Assembly: GCA_030390025.1 (NCBI GenBank)
Contig: CM059431.1
Span: 121,336,001-121,400,000 of the forward strand
Direction of reading: 5' to 3'
Length of the DNA: 64,000 nucleotides
Source of the DNA: Squalus acanthias
Lineage: Eukaryota
Under the pieces are notes generated by a model, which saw only the letters and a program-made list of their open reading frames with translations, did not search any database and was not told where the DNA came from. A program made the position numbers and the translations under genes. This document shows, one piece after another, positions 63,161 through 64,000 of this stretch; position 1 is the stretch's first letter; every line of letters starts with the position of its first letter.

Positions 63161-64000
63161 CAGTCTCTTGACAATCGAAGTAATGAAGGTCAAATCCAAA
63201 AGAACCTGCAAAGTGCTGCTCAGTAGCCAAAACTCCTTCACACAGTGTTGACCCTCTACAGAAGTCTCTCTCTCTCTCTCTTTCAGAATCTCTATCAGAA
63301 TGAGTGGTGCAAAAATGTCTACCACAAAAAAAGGCAGGAAGAGGGTGCCTTTAAATAGCGCTCCCCAGCCCCTTTCTGACTGCAAACGCTCCCCTTTACC
63401 TGTCGTTGCTTGCAGCAGGTGGAAAGGAGGGGGTCACCACTCAATATCCGGTCCGGGGCACCACGGGGCGTTGCACGCTCGACTGACGTCACGATCTACA
63501 GGCGCAGGAGATCGTGGCGGTTGAGTTTAGCGTCGCCGCAAAAACTCTGGTCAATTTTGCGAGCGTTGCAAACATCGCCGCACCTGGGCGCTAGTTGCTT
63601 TGCGCCCCATTAGCAACCTCTTAGGGCGCTAACTGAAGGCGCAAAGCAACCAAATTTTTCCCCCTAAGTCCTTACTTTATTTGTAATAGGCAGAAACTAT
63701 ACTTTGACTTATCAGACCTGGGTTTGTATCTAGCCCAAACTGCTGGGATAATATGGGATGGTGCTACGCTCTAAGTAGAAAAGTTGTACTTGCAAACAAT
63801 ATGGGTCGGAGATAGGGCTAAAAAATTGTAGCTCTGATTCTCCAACCCGCAGTCCCTGTGCCATTTATGGCTTTTGTTTCTTATCCAGCTGCAAGAATTC
63901 TAAGTTAACAGTTTCAGTTGAGTCCTATTGAACAGAATTGCACAGTATAAATGACCTGAAAGGATGGCTGGGGGAAGGAAATGTCAATGGTGAAACAGGT

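Larger units (their letters stand above)
59479..63664. mobile_element. Full-length PIF/Harbinger DNA transposon
   Basis: TIRs GGGGGAGAAATT / AATTTTTCCCCC; TAA TSD (59476-59478, 63665-63667); two convergent genes. Confidence 0.95.

Noticed and set aside
61932..63230. Domesticated host gene HARBI1
   Set aside because: It lies between TIRs and a TSD, has a Myb partner, carries a premature stop and has related copies nearby, so it is a transposon copy.

Overview
Vertebrate genomic DNA, most likely a shark or other elasmobranch, judged from HE1/V-SINE, Deu-domain SINE, HER1/CR1 LINEs and a cartilaginous-fish-like repeat landscape. The only host gene is SLITRK6 on the minus strand. Its single coding exon (4963-7532) is broken in this sequence by a 1-bp deletion near 6120. 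A candidate non-coding first exon and CpG-rich promoter lies at about 33.6-34.7 kb, which implies an intron of about 26 kb. The rest is mostly transposable elements. About 30% of the window is PIF/Harbinger-derived: one nearly intact full-length element (59479-63664, TAA TSD, transposase plus 3-exon Myb/SANT gene), three decayed coding copies and many MITEs. One MITE family keeps three hairpins through compensatory substitutions and carries clustered perfect 5' splice sites. Also present are Penelope-type remnants with minimal hammerhead ribozyme cores, two solo LTRs with perfect TSDs, CR1/L2/RTE LINE fragments, SINEs, a pogo/Tigger-like MITE and a 27-bp minisatellite. Family names come from motif recognition only; no database searches were run.
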